From an uncultured virus (IMG/VR IMGVR_UViG_3300025121_000046) (lineage: Duplodnaviria > Heunggongvirae > Uroviricota > Caudoviricetes > Crassvirales), in IMG/VR virus record IMGVR_UViG_3300025121_000046: a stretch of DNA of 64,000 nucleotides; one strand, given 5' to 3'. Both the position numbers and the translations under genes were made by a program. The notes beneath the pieces are model-generated. The model did no database searches, had not been told where the DNA came from, and was given only the letters and a program-made list of their open reading frames with translations. How positions within the stretch are numbered: the stretch's first letter is position 1; each line of letters begins with the position of its first letter. Of the stretch, positions 31,353 to 39,985 are shown one piece after another.

Positions 31353-32055
31353 TAGAAGTAACTTTTAATGTCTCACTTGCATCATTAACCTTATCTGTAG
31401 GCGCTCCTGTTACTAATGGAAAGTTATCCTTTGTTATCCTATCCCTGATATAGTTCCACATCCATTCATTCATAGGATAATCATCATCATCGGAATAACA
31501 AGCCGTGCCATCTACATGCATAAAGTTTGCAAGTTGCTCGGGATCATAAAATATTCCGCGGTACTTAAGATATCTCATGTACTTAAGAAAACTTCCGCTC
31601 TCCATATCTTTCGCGATAAGGAGAAATCTTAATCCATGGCGGAATACAAATATCTGTCTTGAGTTCCATCTTCCATTTCCACCAAATCTGGCCCTGGCAA
31701 TATTAACATATGAAAAACGATGAGCTATCTCATCTACAGGACCTACTTCCAAAATACCATCTCCATTGTTAAGTTCTATAGTCTTAGGGATATCATTGAC
31801 TGTTCTTAAAACACTATACCCGGTAAGATGTACCGGATGTAATGATCTGTCACATACTTCCAATGGATCAATGACCGTTTGTATTATCTGTTCGTCGATA
31901 TCATGATTTTTATTCATGTCATTACGAAGCCATAATGCTCTTTGATTATTGATCCAGAACTTTATAAGACGATCATCAAGCTTGTCGTCATCATAGAGAT
32001 TAAGCTGACGGATCCTGAGTCTTACCTCATATATATAATGTGAAAAAGAACTCAT
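31342..32055 (-). CDS. Tail ring protein
   Basis: Start moved to ATG at 32055 (MSSFSHYIYEV) to avoid overlap with the spanin; 'DDRLIKFWINNQRALWL', 'GIFYDP', 'CYSDDDDYPM' resemble crAss-like ring proteins. Confidence 0.7.
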   Translation of the reverse strand: MSSFSHYIYEVRLRIRQLNLYDDDKLDDRLIKFWINNQRALWLRNDMNKNHDIDEQIIQTVIDPLEVCDRSLHPVHLTGYSVLRTVNDIPKTIELNNGDGILEVGPVDEIAHRFSYVNIARARFGGNGRWNSRQIFVFRHGLRFLLIAKDMESGSFLKYMRYLKYRGIFYDPEQLANFMHVDGTACYSDDDDYPMNEWMWNYIRDRITKDNFPLVTGAPTDKVNDASETLKVTSNEE

Positions 32056-32071
32056 GATATAGTTTATTAAG

Positions 32072-32590
32072 TTATTTTTTAAAAACAAACAACCTGAGTA
32101 CAACATAACCCAAACCTGCAACTATCACAAAAATCCACAACCAGAATGCAACTTTAAAAACCTTTGGAGTATACTTCTCTTTTACAACAATGGTTTGCTT
32201 TTCATTCTTGTACTTGTATTCCCAGTGCTTTGATACCTTGTCTGCGCTATCAAGTTTAAAAGTTATTACCTGATCTTTCTGTTGCAGTTCCATCTTTAAC
32301 CGGGAATTATCTATCCATGCCTTAGCAATTGCATAGGTATTTTCAAGGATTATCGGAGATATATTAATCTTTTCAGGTATTCCTGGAATCGGTTTATCTT
32401 TCCGTATAGTATCTCCTGGGATCTTATAAGGAACATCCCTGTCCCTGTAAATGATTGAATCTTTAACGACAATACTATCCTTAGTCTCTGTAACGGACTG
32501 AGGAGGAAATTTGCTGGCACATTTACGTTGTGTAACACAACTGCCTAAAAACAGGATTAAAATAGCTAATAAGAGTAGTTTTGTTTTCAT
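32072..32590 (-). CDS. Putative unimolecular spanin (lipoprotein with C-terminal TM helix)
   Basis: N-terminal lipobox LFLGSC, C-terminal hydrophobic helix (VAFWLWIFVIVAGLGYVVL), adjacent to the endolysin. Confidence 0.7.
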   Translation of the reverse strand: MKTKLLLLAILILFLGSCVTQRKCASKFPPQSVTETKDSIVVKDSIIYRDRDVPYKIPGDTIRKDKPIPGIPEKINISPIILENTYAIAKAWIDNSRLKMELQQKDQVITFKLDSADKVSKHWEYKYKNEKQTIVVKEKYTPKVFKVAFWLWIFVIVAGLGYVVLRLFVFKK

Positions 32591-33030
32591 ATTTTATTAA
32601 GTGTATTCATTTGCAATTTTGTAAGTCCTGCACAATGCGGCTTATTTTTAGGATCAACATCCGAGTGCTGTTTGACTATTATCTCTCCAAATTGTTTCCT
32701 TAGTTTTCGTGTCTCAAAATCAAGCGCCCGGATCTGAGAATCTGAGAATGTACCGGATAACCCTATCAGGCAAAGTCCGACTGCCATATTATAACCGAAA
32801 GCATGAGCCCCCTTTTCGTCAAGTTCAAAATCATTATCATCATCCAAAGGCCTTCCGGTTTCTATATGTCCGTCATATTCCATGTGCATCTTAAACGGAG
32901 ACAACCTACCATTAAGGATGACATAGTGATAGGCAATAGTTTCAAAACCACGTTCTAAATGCCATTTTGTTATCGCTGCTGCATTACCCCAGGAACTATC
33001 CGAGCAATGCACTATTACAAGAACTGCCAT
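32587..33030 (-). CDS. Endolysin, N-acetylmuramoyl-L-alanine amidase (T7 lysozyme/Amidase_2-like)
   Basis: IVHCS, AYHYVI, GAHAFGYN and QHSD...KPHC: Zn-ligand His/His/Cys and catalytic Tyr pattern of T7-type amidases. Confidence 0.9.
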   Translation of the reverse strand: MAVLVIVHCSDSSWGNAAAITKWHLERGFETIAYHYVILNGRLSPFKMHMEYDGHIETGRPLDDDNDFELDEKGAHAFGYNMAVGLCLIGLSGTFSDSQIRALDFETRKLRKQFGEIIVKQHSDVDPKNKPHCAGLTKLQMNTLNKI

Positions 33031-33302
33031 TATACCGTTTGTTTCTTCTCAGTTTCAGTTGTCGTTTTGGATGAGGTTGTTTTCATCTGATTGAAAAATT
33101 CGGCCGTTACCGCACCTATACAAAACAGGATAACTCCGACTGTTGCATAAAGGATCTGAGGGTCAATACTTGCACCCCCGATATTAGCCTTTACCTCCAT
33201 AAAGAAGATAAATACAAAGATGTACATTACAAGCCTTTTGCTACTTGCTGAGTCTCCCTGGTCCTGAAAAAACCCGGCAAACCACGAAATAAACTTTTTC
33301 AT
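33030..33302 (-). CDS. Putative holin
   Basis: 90 aa, two hydrophobic helices, 'SSKRL' motif, hydrophilic C-tail; directly upstream of the endolysin. Confidence 0.65.
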   Translation of the reverse strand: MKKFISWFAGFFQDQGDSASSKRLVMYIFVFIFFMEVKANIGGASIDPQILYATVGVILFCIGAVTAEFFNQMKTTSSKTTTETEKKQTV

Positions 33303-33303
33303 C

Positions 33304-33495
33304 TCAATTATATATTAGTTCAACCATATCATACATCGCTAAAAGATAAGCATCTGCACAGACTTTATTTTTCTCAGGGTCATCAGGGAAAAACCTGTCT
33401 GCCACCTGCTGAGCCTTAATACCCATTTCATAACGGACCTTATCAACACTCCTCAAAGGACTCCTGTTTTTAATATAGTTTTCAAACTCTGTCAT
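33304..33495 (-). CDS. Hypothetical protein
   Basis: 63 aa, ATGA start/stop overlap with the upstream gene. Confidence 0.6.
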   Translation of the reverse strand: MTEFENYIKNRSPLRSVDKVRYEMGIKAQQVADRFFPDDPEKNKVCADAYLLAMYDMVELIYN

Positions 33496-33998
33496 TTCAA
33501 TATCGCTAAATCAAAAGTATCAGTGTAAGAAACAAACCTTTGCCTTACACCGGCAGAATCCCACGAAGCGACAACAAGGATATTCCGAGTGAACACGCTG
33601 TCAATCATTCCTACCATCCGATCAGCAGTGTCGTAAAGTAGCTGGCTCTTTTTAAGCAACTCATCAACTGAAGCGATAGGAACGGTTATCCGGGGTGTGA
33701 TAGTATCCAGCAGAGTAACTCTGAATGTTTCTGATGTTGATTTGCCGTTCGTGCCGGTGGCTTTTAAAGTGACTGTAACGACCTTATTAGTTGCTGATAG
33801 TATTGTTCCGGGTGCAGGAGTTTGAGTCAGAGAATAACCAAAACAACCCGCTGTTACTTTTGCCTGTAGTTTGTAATCCGGTAACTGTGCTTTACAATAC
33901 TGATCAACATAAACATATTGATCTGATATTTGCGCTATGGTACACACGGGACTGCACCCGCAAAGAATCACGACTAAAAAGAATAGTATTTTTTTCAT
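33492..33998 (-). CDS. Putative lipoprotein with Ig/HYR-like domain
   Basis: MKKILFFLVVILCGC signal/lipobox; 'LTQTPAPGT...VTLKAT..NGKST..TF.VTLLDTITP' resembles HYR-like repeats. Confidence 0.55.
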   Translation of the reverse strand: MKKILFFLVVILCGCSPVCTIAQISDQYVYVDQYCKAQLPDYKLQAKVTAGCFGYSLTQTPAPGTILSATNKVVTVTLKATGTNGKSTSETFRVTLLDTITPRITVPIASVDELLKKSQLLYDTADRMVGMIDSVFTRNILVVASWDSAGVRQRFVSYTDTFDLAILK

Positions 33999-34282
33999 CT
34001 CTTATAAAGTAAAGTCAATATATACATTATAATTGGCTGTAAAAGTAACCATACTCCGAGTCCGATGTAAACCAACCGTGATAAACTTTTGATCTCCCGT
34101 TCAACCAGCTTCATTTCATCTTTATTAACAAATGTCTCATTCTGCTTTACAAGTTGCAAATGTATGTTGTTCATTCCATTAAGTCTGGTATTCATTAGCT
34201 TCCGTGCAAGTTTCCGAGCCTTGCTCATGTCCTTGAACTTCTGCTCAAAGTATTTCTTTAAGGTTTTAATTGTCCAACTCAT
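33995..34282 (-). CDS. Small coiled-coil membrane protein (holin-like)
   Basis: 95 aa, helical N-part and C-terminal TM helix; ATGA overlaps at both ends. Confidence 0.55.
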   Translation of the reverse strand: MSWTIKTLKKYFEQKFKDMSKARKLARKLMNTRLNGMNNIHLQLVKQNETFVNKDEMKLVEREIKSLSRLVYIGLGVWLLLQPIIMYILTLLYKR

Positions 34283-34788
34283 TTCTTATTCTTCACTTTT
34301 GTAATTATGAACATATAAGCAGAATCAGTGGGCCAATAATAAATCTTAGTCGTATCATTGAACACCACCGGCTCACCCCTGTTGTTAGTGATAAATGGTG
34401 TACCAAGATTCTGAATTTCTTTTTTTGTTATCGCTACATCTGCTGGCACGGCCTTATTCCTGAGAATATTGAACACCCCTAATATAATCGAAACAGCAAT
34501 ACCTATGATTACTACCCACCGTCCTGCACTTGCCCTGCGGTCTTCCTTGTCATCCTTTGCTCTTCTTTCCAGTGCTTTCTTGCCTGTCAGTTCATCCCTT
34601 AACTCCTCAATGGTAGCTTTTTGAACACAATGAACAACCGAGTGCGGAAGGTTCTCACTGATCTTTATCTCATGCCTCGTCACAGATCCATTAAGCTGGT
34701 CTAAATGATCATTTATGGAAGTCAGTTTATCATTCAGAGCCTTAAACTCTGATTCAAGATAAAGGCGGTAGTCGGCGTTACCTGGCAT
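34279..34788 (-). CDS. Coiled-coil membrane protein
   Basis: 169 aa; coiled coil followed by one TM helix (WVVIIGIAVSIILGVF). Confidence 0.6.
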   Translation of the reverse strand: MPGNADYRLYLESEFKALNDKLTSINDHLDQLNGSVTRHEIKISENLPHSVVHCVQKATIEELRDELTGKKALERRAKDDKEDRRASAGRWVVIIGIAVSIILGVFNILRNKAVPADVAITKKEIQNLGTPFITNNRGEPVVFNDTTKIYYWPTDSAYMFIITKVKNKK

Positions 34789-34813
34789 ATCATTCGAGTT
34801 TCTTCTGAGTTAC

Positions 34814-35143
34814 TTATGGAGCCTGAATTTTCTTCTGCTTAGCCTTGAATAATTCATAAATGCCGGATGATAGAAATATACCAATAAAAAAACATATTGC
34901 AAGGTCCCCGACAAAAGCAACTCCATCAGGCAATGCAGGAAGATATTTATTCAGGTCAATCGTAATACCTCCTGCCATTAATAGAATCATTAATACAAGG
35001 TCAAACATTACTATAGCAAGCGACTCAGGCCAGTTATCTTTAATCCAGAATATTGGAGATAACTTAGTTGTCTGGTCCGTTCTGTTGATGTACTTTAATA
35101 TAAAATAAAGTACAATTCCCAAAATGTTTAATAAGATTTTCAT
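34814..35143 (-). CDS. Small membrane protein, 3 TM helices (holin-like)
   Basis: 109 aa with three hydrophobic segments and a basic C-tail. Confidence 0.6.
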   Translation of the reverse strand: MKILLNILGIVLYFILKYINRTDQTTKLSPIFWIKDNWPESLAIVMFDLVLMILLMAGGITIDLNKYLPALPDGVAFVGDLAICFFIGIFLSSGIYELFKAKQKKIQAP

Positions 35144-35144
35144 G

Positions 35145-37241
35145 TTAATATATTATTAATTTACCTTCCCAAATTAACTGACTCCCTCCGTTCTGTATCA
35201 TTCCGAGTGCCGGAGTTGTAAAACTGACATTTGCACCGTATGAAGTGCCTGCTGAATTAGTCGAATAGGCCCTCACATGATACGTAGTACCTTTCTGCAA
35301 AGGACTGATCGAGTTGCTGAATGTCGTTTCTGTGCGTGTAGTATTCGGCACTATATTGCCATTGGCTAAAGTAGGACTTTCCGATGTTGACCATACAAAC
35401 CCCGAAGCGGTAATTGTCGTTGCTCCGTCTGAAACAATAGTCCCGACAAGTGTAGCTGAACCAGCATTATATGTAGTTACTGTTGATGTTGATACAGTTG
35501 GTGCATCAGGATCAGCAATAGTAACGGTTACGTGCCATACCTGCGTAGAATCTGTACCTAAAGAAGTTACCGTATAATCAATGGGATTAGTAAAGTTTCT
35601 TGCAGTTCCGCTTGTAGGATTTATTGTAGCACCGTAATCCATCGTTATCGTAGGCTCCAAAGCAGTAACATCAGTACCATTGACAACAGTAATGGCTACC
35701 GTGTGCATTGAAGTACTTATCGTTGATTGGTTTTTCTGCGCTGAAAGCGTAAATGTAATTATGTTGGTTGCTGTTGAATCAGGAGCATCCACCCATTCAT
35801 CATAGCCAACATCAGGGGAATCTCCTGTATATGTTAAGTTGGCTGCCGCAATGACATCAGTAGTTCCCTGATTTACAAGATCAGACCCAGCCGTTAATCT
35901 TAAAAATGTAATATCGGGTAGTGATCCGTCTGCTTTTCTTCCTGCTGTAAGTTGATTATATCCAGCTGCGGAGTCTATTGTAAGAAAATCAGTATTAGTA
36001 ACAGTAAAAGCATCTGTAGCCTCATAATTAGGCCACCCCTCAATTCTATCCCATGAATTATGACTTTCAGTATATATTTGATAAGCACTTGAAAAAGTTA
36101 TTCCATCTTGATATGAAAGGTTATTTTTGTATTGTGCCAGGACAGTCGGCCTCAGTGCATTGATTGAAAAGTTATACCCATACGCATTGTTGTAGGAAGT
36201 GTTGTTATAAATTCTTGCGTTCAACCTGTAATAGTAAGGATATTCAACGACAGCAATTCCAGTACCGTTGCACCACGCTATCAGATTTCTTGTTATGATA
36301 CGAACAACCTTTGTTATACTATCTGGAAATTGTGCCGCTGGCGTTGTTGTTGAATTAGTTCCCCCTGTTTTAAATCCACATCCATCGCCTTCTAATTTGC
36401 CTAAATCAAATAGCCAGCAGTTTTTAACAACAATAAGCCCTATTCCTCCAATATCCAAAGCATCATCAGAACAATTCCATGCCCTGCACCCCTCAAAAGA
36501 AACATACCCATATTTATCAAGAGATGCACTTGAATTAACCTTCCATGCGTCTGCATAATTACCAGCATATCCTTCACCCATTGTGCTTGTGGTGTCAATA
36601 CAATTATATGCATCACAATTTATAAACTTTGTTGTATCAAAAGCAATTCCCGAACCCCATGATCCATATCCCCCGCTTAGGTAAGCACTAAATGCTTCTC
36701 CAGATATATTATGTGCCGTACAATTCTCTAATGTAATATTACTTCCACCATAAATCCCAAACCCATAACACTCTACCTCCAATCCACGCTGCCAAAAATT
36801 TCGAACAGTTAATCCTTTTATTTTCCAAAAATTAGTCCATTCCATTTCTATTGCAGTTGCGTAAGCCGTCCTTACAAAAAGAGAACCATCCAAAATAGGT
36901 GTCTCTCCGGGGTAAGCCATAACGACAATTGGGTCTTCGGCAGTACCGTCATGACCGACATGGCTCGCATGAGGAAGATTATTATAAGGATCAGTGCTCG
37001 TTCTGGCATTAATAAATACTACATTATTCCCATTAAGATAACCTGTTATTGGATACCAAACACCCCCCCTTAGATATAAGGTATCTCCTGCTTCTAATGT
37101 CTGAAACCCCTTCTGCCATGAATAAAATGGACTTGCAAGTGTTCCGGTATTATTATCACTTCCTGTTGTTGAGCAATAATAGGTAGTTGCATTAATCAGA
37201 AGCGAAAATAGCAATAGTGGTATTATAATTAATTTTTTCAT
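35145..37241 (-). CDS. Secreted right-handed beta-helix polysaccharide lyase (PL9/PelL-like) with Ig-like and FN3-like C-terminal domains
   Basis: Signal peptide MKKLIIIPLLLFSLLINA; 'GSDNNTGTLASPF', 'AGDTLYLRGG', 'AYPGETPILD', 'CRAWNCSDDALD', 'GDGCGFKTGG' match PL9 signatures; C-terminal YHVRAYSTN FN3 domain. Confidence 0.75.
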   Translation of the reverse strand: MKKLIIIPLLLFSLLINATTYYCSTTGSDNNTGTLASPFYSWQKGFQTLEAGDTLYLRGGVWYPITGYLNGNNVVFINARTSTDPYNNLPHASHVGHDGTAEDPIVVMAYPGETPILDGSLFVRTAYATAIEMEWTNFWKIKGLTVRNFWQRGLEVECYGFGIYGGSNITLENCTAHNISGEAFSAYLSGGYGSWGSGIAFDTTKFINCDAYNCIDTTSTMGEGYAGNYADAWKVNSSASLDKYGYVSFEGCRAWNCSDDALDIGGIGLIVVKNCWLFDLGKLEGDGCGFKTGGTNSTTTPAAQFPDSITKVVRIITRNLIAWCNGTGIAVVEYPYYYRLNARIYNNTSYNNAYGYNFSINALRPTVLAQYKNNLSYQDGITFSSAYQIYTESHNSWDRIEGWPNYEATDAFTVTNTDFLTIDSAAGYNQLTAGRKADGSLPDITFLRLTAGSDLVNQGTTDVIAAANLTYTGDSPDVGYDEWVDAPDSTATNIITFTLSAQKNQSTISTSMHTVAITVVNGTDVTALEPTITMDYGATINPTSGTARNFTNPIDYTVTSLGTDSTQVWHVTVTIADPDAPTVSTSTVTTYNAGSATLVGTIVSDGATTITASGFVWSTSESPTLANGNIVPNTTRTETTFSNSISPLQKGTTYHVRAYSTNSAGTSYGANVSFTTPALGMIQNGGSQLIWEGKLIIY

Positions 37242-37966
37242 TAGTATATAGAATATTTTGTATTAAGATAACTTAATATATCGGCCTCATAATCAGTTGT
37301 GTTTCTTACAATGACTTCTTTGACCTCCATATTACCTCCGTCCACTCCGTCCTTGCTTATTCTAAAATAAGTGCCTCCATCCGCACCTACCGTTCCTGTT
37401 TGTGCGGTTGTATTGTATACCATTTTTGAACTTGCTCCATTCCATAATATCCTATATATAGCGTAGGAATTAATCGGAGTGCCTGACTGAGAAAAAGACG
37501 ACCCTCCTGAGTTCAATTGTACTTGTCCGGATAATGTAGTTTGGCGCACAGAAACTCCAGCACCGACGTCAAATAAATAGTCTGCGTTGGTATGGGTTAC
37601 TTGAATCATTACAGCATATACTATTATCGGTTGCGATAGAGCCATTGTCACATCCCGCAGCTGATCAGATGATCCGTTGAATAAAATGCCTGTAGCTGTA
37701 AGATCAGGACGATAAGAAGCTGCTCCGACAAGATGATTACCATTACCACTCTGATCATCCCACTGAGTGACCTCTGATCCTGATAATGTCACTCCAACCT
37801 CAAAATCATACCATCCTTTTGTTGTATTCACATCAGTTAAACACGCAGGAGCAGCGACACCAGTCACCTCGCCCTGACTATTTATAACTCCCAATGGAAT
37901 AGCATTCTGACCACTACCAATTAAAGTAGCTATCAGAAACGAAAATATTAATAGTATCTTTTTCAT
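37241..37966 (-). CDS. Signal-peptide-bearing beta-sandwich (LamG/ConA-like) protein
   Basis: MKKILLIFSFLIA signal; 'VTQWDDQSGNGNHL' and terminal 'YLNTKYSI' are motifs common in phage LamG-like domains. Confidence 0.6.
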   Translation of the reverse strand: MKKILLIFSFLIATLIGSGQNAIPLGVINSQGEVTGVAAPACLTDVNTTKGWYDFEVGVTLSGSEVTQWDDQSGNGNHLVGAASYRPDLTATGILFNGSSDQLRDVTMALSQPIIVYAVMIQVTHTNADYLFDVGAGVSVRQTTLSGQVQLNSGGSSFSQSGTPINSYAIYRILWNGASSKMVYNTTAQTGTVGADGGTYFRISKDGVDGGNMEVKEVIVRNTTDYEADILSYLNTKYSIY

Positions 37967-37968
37967 AG

Positions 37969-38532
37969 TTAGTCAGTTAAATCACCAAGTAAATCCCATT
38001 TATTAGCAGCTCTCTTTATTGCAGTTGCCCAGCCTCCTTTAAAATTGATAGTTGTTGAATCTTTTTTAGCATCTATCACGCTATTTGATTCATAGAATGT
38101 CACTATACCCGCATTATCCATACTAAAGTTAAGAGTCGATCCAATCGGGAAATTAACTGTACTGTCAGGGGGTAAGAACACTTTGACCTGAGTTGCTTTG
38201 TTGCACCTTATATAAGTATTAAGGTGAGTCAGTTGCGGTCTGAACTCTGTTGTGGTGACAAGTAAAGAATCAGGGTATTTCTTCATTGCTACGTCAAATA
38301 GAGCCAGCTGGTTTACATACGGTATCGTAGGATTCAGTGTGTCGCCTCCCTGATAGTGAGTGATGTTCCCGCCCGATACCTTTGTACTGTCAATCTTATC
38401 GGCTGCTTCTCCTTTCAAAGTGTTTATTATCCCACCCTTGGCCTTTAACACATACTTAAATGTATTAGACCCCTGACCGGATAAAGCACCGACAATCATA
38501 ACCGCTATTAAAAAAACCATTAATCTTTTCAT
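37969..38532 (-). CDS. Signal-peptide-bearing protein with fibre-like C-terminal domain
   Basis: MKRLMVFLIAVMIVG signal; C-terminal 'FPIGS...ATAIKRAANKWDLLGDL' resembles phage fibre C-termini. Confidence 0.55.
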   Translation of the reverse strand: MKRLMVFLIAVMIVGALSGQGSNTFKYVLKAKGGIINTLKGEAADKIDSTKVSGGNITHYQGGDTLNPTIPYVNQLALFDVAMKKYPDSLLVTTTEFRPQLTHLNTYIRCNKATQVKVFLPPDSTVNFPIGSTLNFSMDNAGIVTFYESNSVIDAKKDSTTINFKGGWATAIKRAANKWDLLGDLTD

Positions 38533-38544
38533 TTCTTTATTTAT

Positions 38545-39315
38545 TTAATCCGTTACAATATCCCCAATTACGTTACAATTTAAAACCTGTGTATTAGTGA
38601 CTCCTGTATAATGTATTGTCGTGCCACCTGCATTTTCATTTTCAATAGTTAAAGAAGCCCCTCCCGACTGACTAACCCTGCCATCAATCAAAACATTCGC
38701 ACAACCATTGAACAGAATCAAGTCATCTGCAAGATTACCAGTTATCGACAATCCAGATACCGTTGGGTAAATCGTTACTGATAGCCAATCAGAATTACCA
38801 AGATAGCCCGTAGGCTGAAGCGTTGCTTTCGCTATTTCTGTACAGTCATCGATAATCCTTAAAACAATATGACCAGTCTGGTTTCCTGCATTTATATCAG
38901 TGAAAGCCTCCTGTAAAGTAATATAGTCCGGTCCAGTAGTGCCGATGGTGAGTATTGTCGGTACGACACTACCAGAAGTCGCATAGATATTCTCCCAATC
39001 TGTATTTTCAACTCCGGCATAGCCCGTAGCTGTCAGAGTCTGATCAACATGGTACTCTAAATCTTTAATCCTGTGCCTGTAAACATGTGCCAAATCAATT
39101 AAAACACTTTCTTCTGTCAGGTCAAGATTAAGAAGCTCCTCCCAATTAGCGCCTGCATCAGATGAATACCATAGTTTGAAATAGCCACCTGCATTGTTTA
39201 TCTCACGTCGATACCAGGTAGATCCGGATTTGAGGGTGTAATACATAGCACTCCACGAAGCACCGGAGGGGCGACCAACTCTTTTAATTCCAATATTTGT
39301 ATTAACACCTGGCAT
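38545..39315 (-). CDS. Hypothetical (tail fibre-associated) protein
   Basis: Start moved to ATG at 39315 (MPGVNTNIG) to avoid overlap; C-terminal half 'DYITLQEAFTDINAG...LILFNGCANVLIDGR' resembles a beta-helix N-cap. Confidence 0.55.
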   Translation of the reverse strand: MPGVNTNIGIKRVGRPSGASWSAMYYTLKSGSTWYRREINNAGGYFKLWYSSDAGANWEELLNLDLTEESVLIDLAHVYRHRIKDLEYHVDQTLTATGYAGVENTDWENIYATSGSVVPTILTIGTTGPDYITLQEAFTDINAGNQTGHIVLRIIDDCTEIAKATLQPTGYLGNSDWLSVTIYPTVSGLSITGNLADDLILFNGCANVLIDGRVSQSGGASLTIENENAGGTTIHYTGVTNTQVLNCNVIGDIVTD

Positions 39316-39326
39316 GATTATAAGGG

Positions 39327-39680
39327 TTAAATATTCTGATAAAATACCCAAAAGGATCCTGCACGTAATTTAATATGAGTAACAGGATTATCAAAGAGAA
39401 CCCATTTATTATCATTGATATCTACTCCTCCTGATGCAGCTGTAGTATCAGTCTTTGAAATATAGCTTAATCCACTTGCTCCAGTTACATCAACTATATC
39501 AGCAGTAGTGCCAAGATTACTTTTTATCTCAGTTATTTGTTCTATCTGAGATCCATCAGCATTAGATGTAACTCCTCTAATCTTTCCGAGTCTTGCCTTA
39601 AAGGTCCCGGTCCCAGTAACAAGATCACATCCTATTCCTCCCTGGAGGATCTGTAATGCATTAAATTCATTCTGATTCAT
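39327..39680 (-). CDS. Hypothetical structural protein
   Basis: 117 aa, beta-rich, tightly packed on the coding strand. Confidence 0.6.
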   Translation of the reverse strand: MNQNEFNALQILQGGIGCDLVTGTGTFKARLGKIRGVTSNADGSQIEQITEIKSNLGTTADIVDVTGASGLSYISKTDTTAASGGVDINDNKWVLFDNPVTHIKLRAGSFWVFYQNI

Positions 39681-39691
39681 GGCAATATTTT

Positions 39692-39985
39692 TTAAGTATT
39701 ATATTTTTCCAGTTGTCTGTAAGAATCATCAATGATATCCTGAATGTCCTGTACTGTAAGAACATTATAATATTCTGTTATTGATACATCAGATATTACT
39801 TCATACCTATAAAGAATCTCGATATACTTTGAGATCATTATATTACGTTCATTAAGTTCTTTCAGGAATATAAAGTTACCTGTATGATATGCAAAGCTTT
39901 TAGAAAGATCCAATCCAAGCCTTGAATGTAATAGTTGTATCGTTGCGATATCACTATTTAATTGTGTTTGACTGAATGCTTGCAT
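39692..39985 (-). CDS. Small helical structural protein (possible tail-hub component)
   Basis: 97 aa helical protein; function inferred only from crAss-like gene order. Confidence 0.45.
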   Translation of the reverse strand: MQAFSQTQLNSDIATIQLLHSRLGLDLSKSFAYHTGNFIFLKELNERNIMISKYIEILYRYEVISDVSITEYYNVLTVQDIQDIIDDSYRQLEKYNT

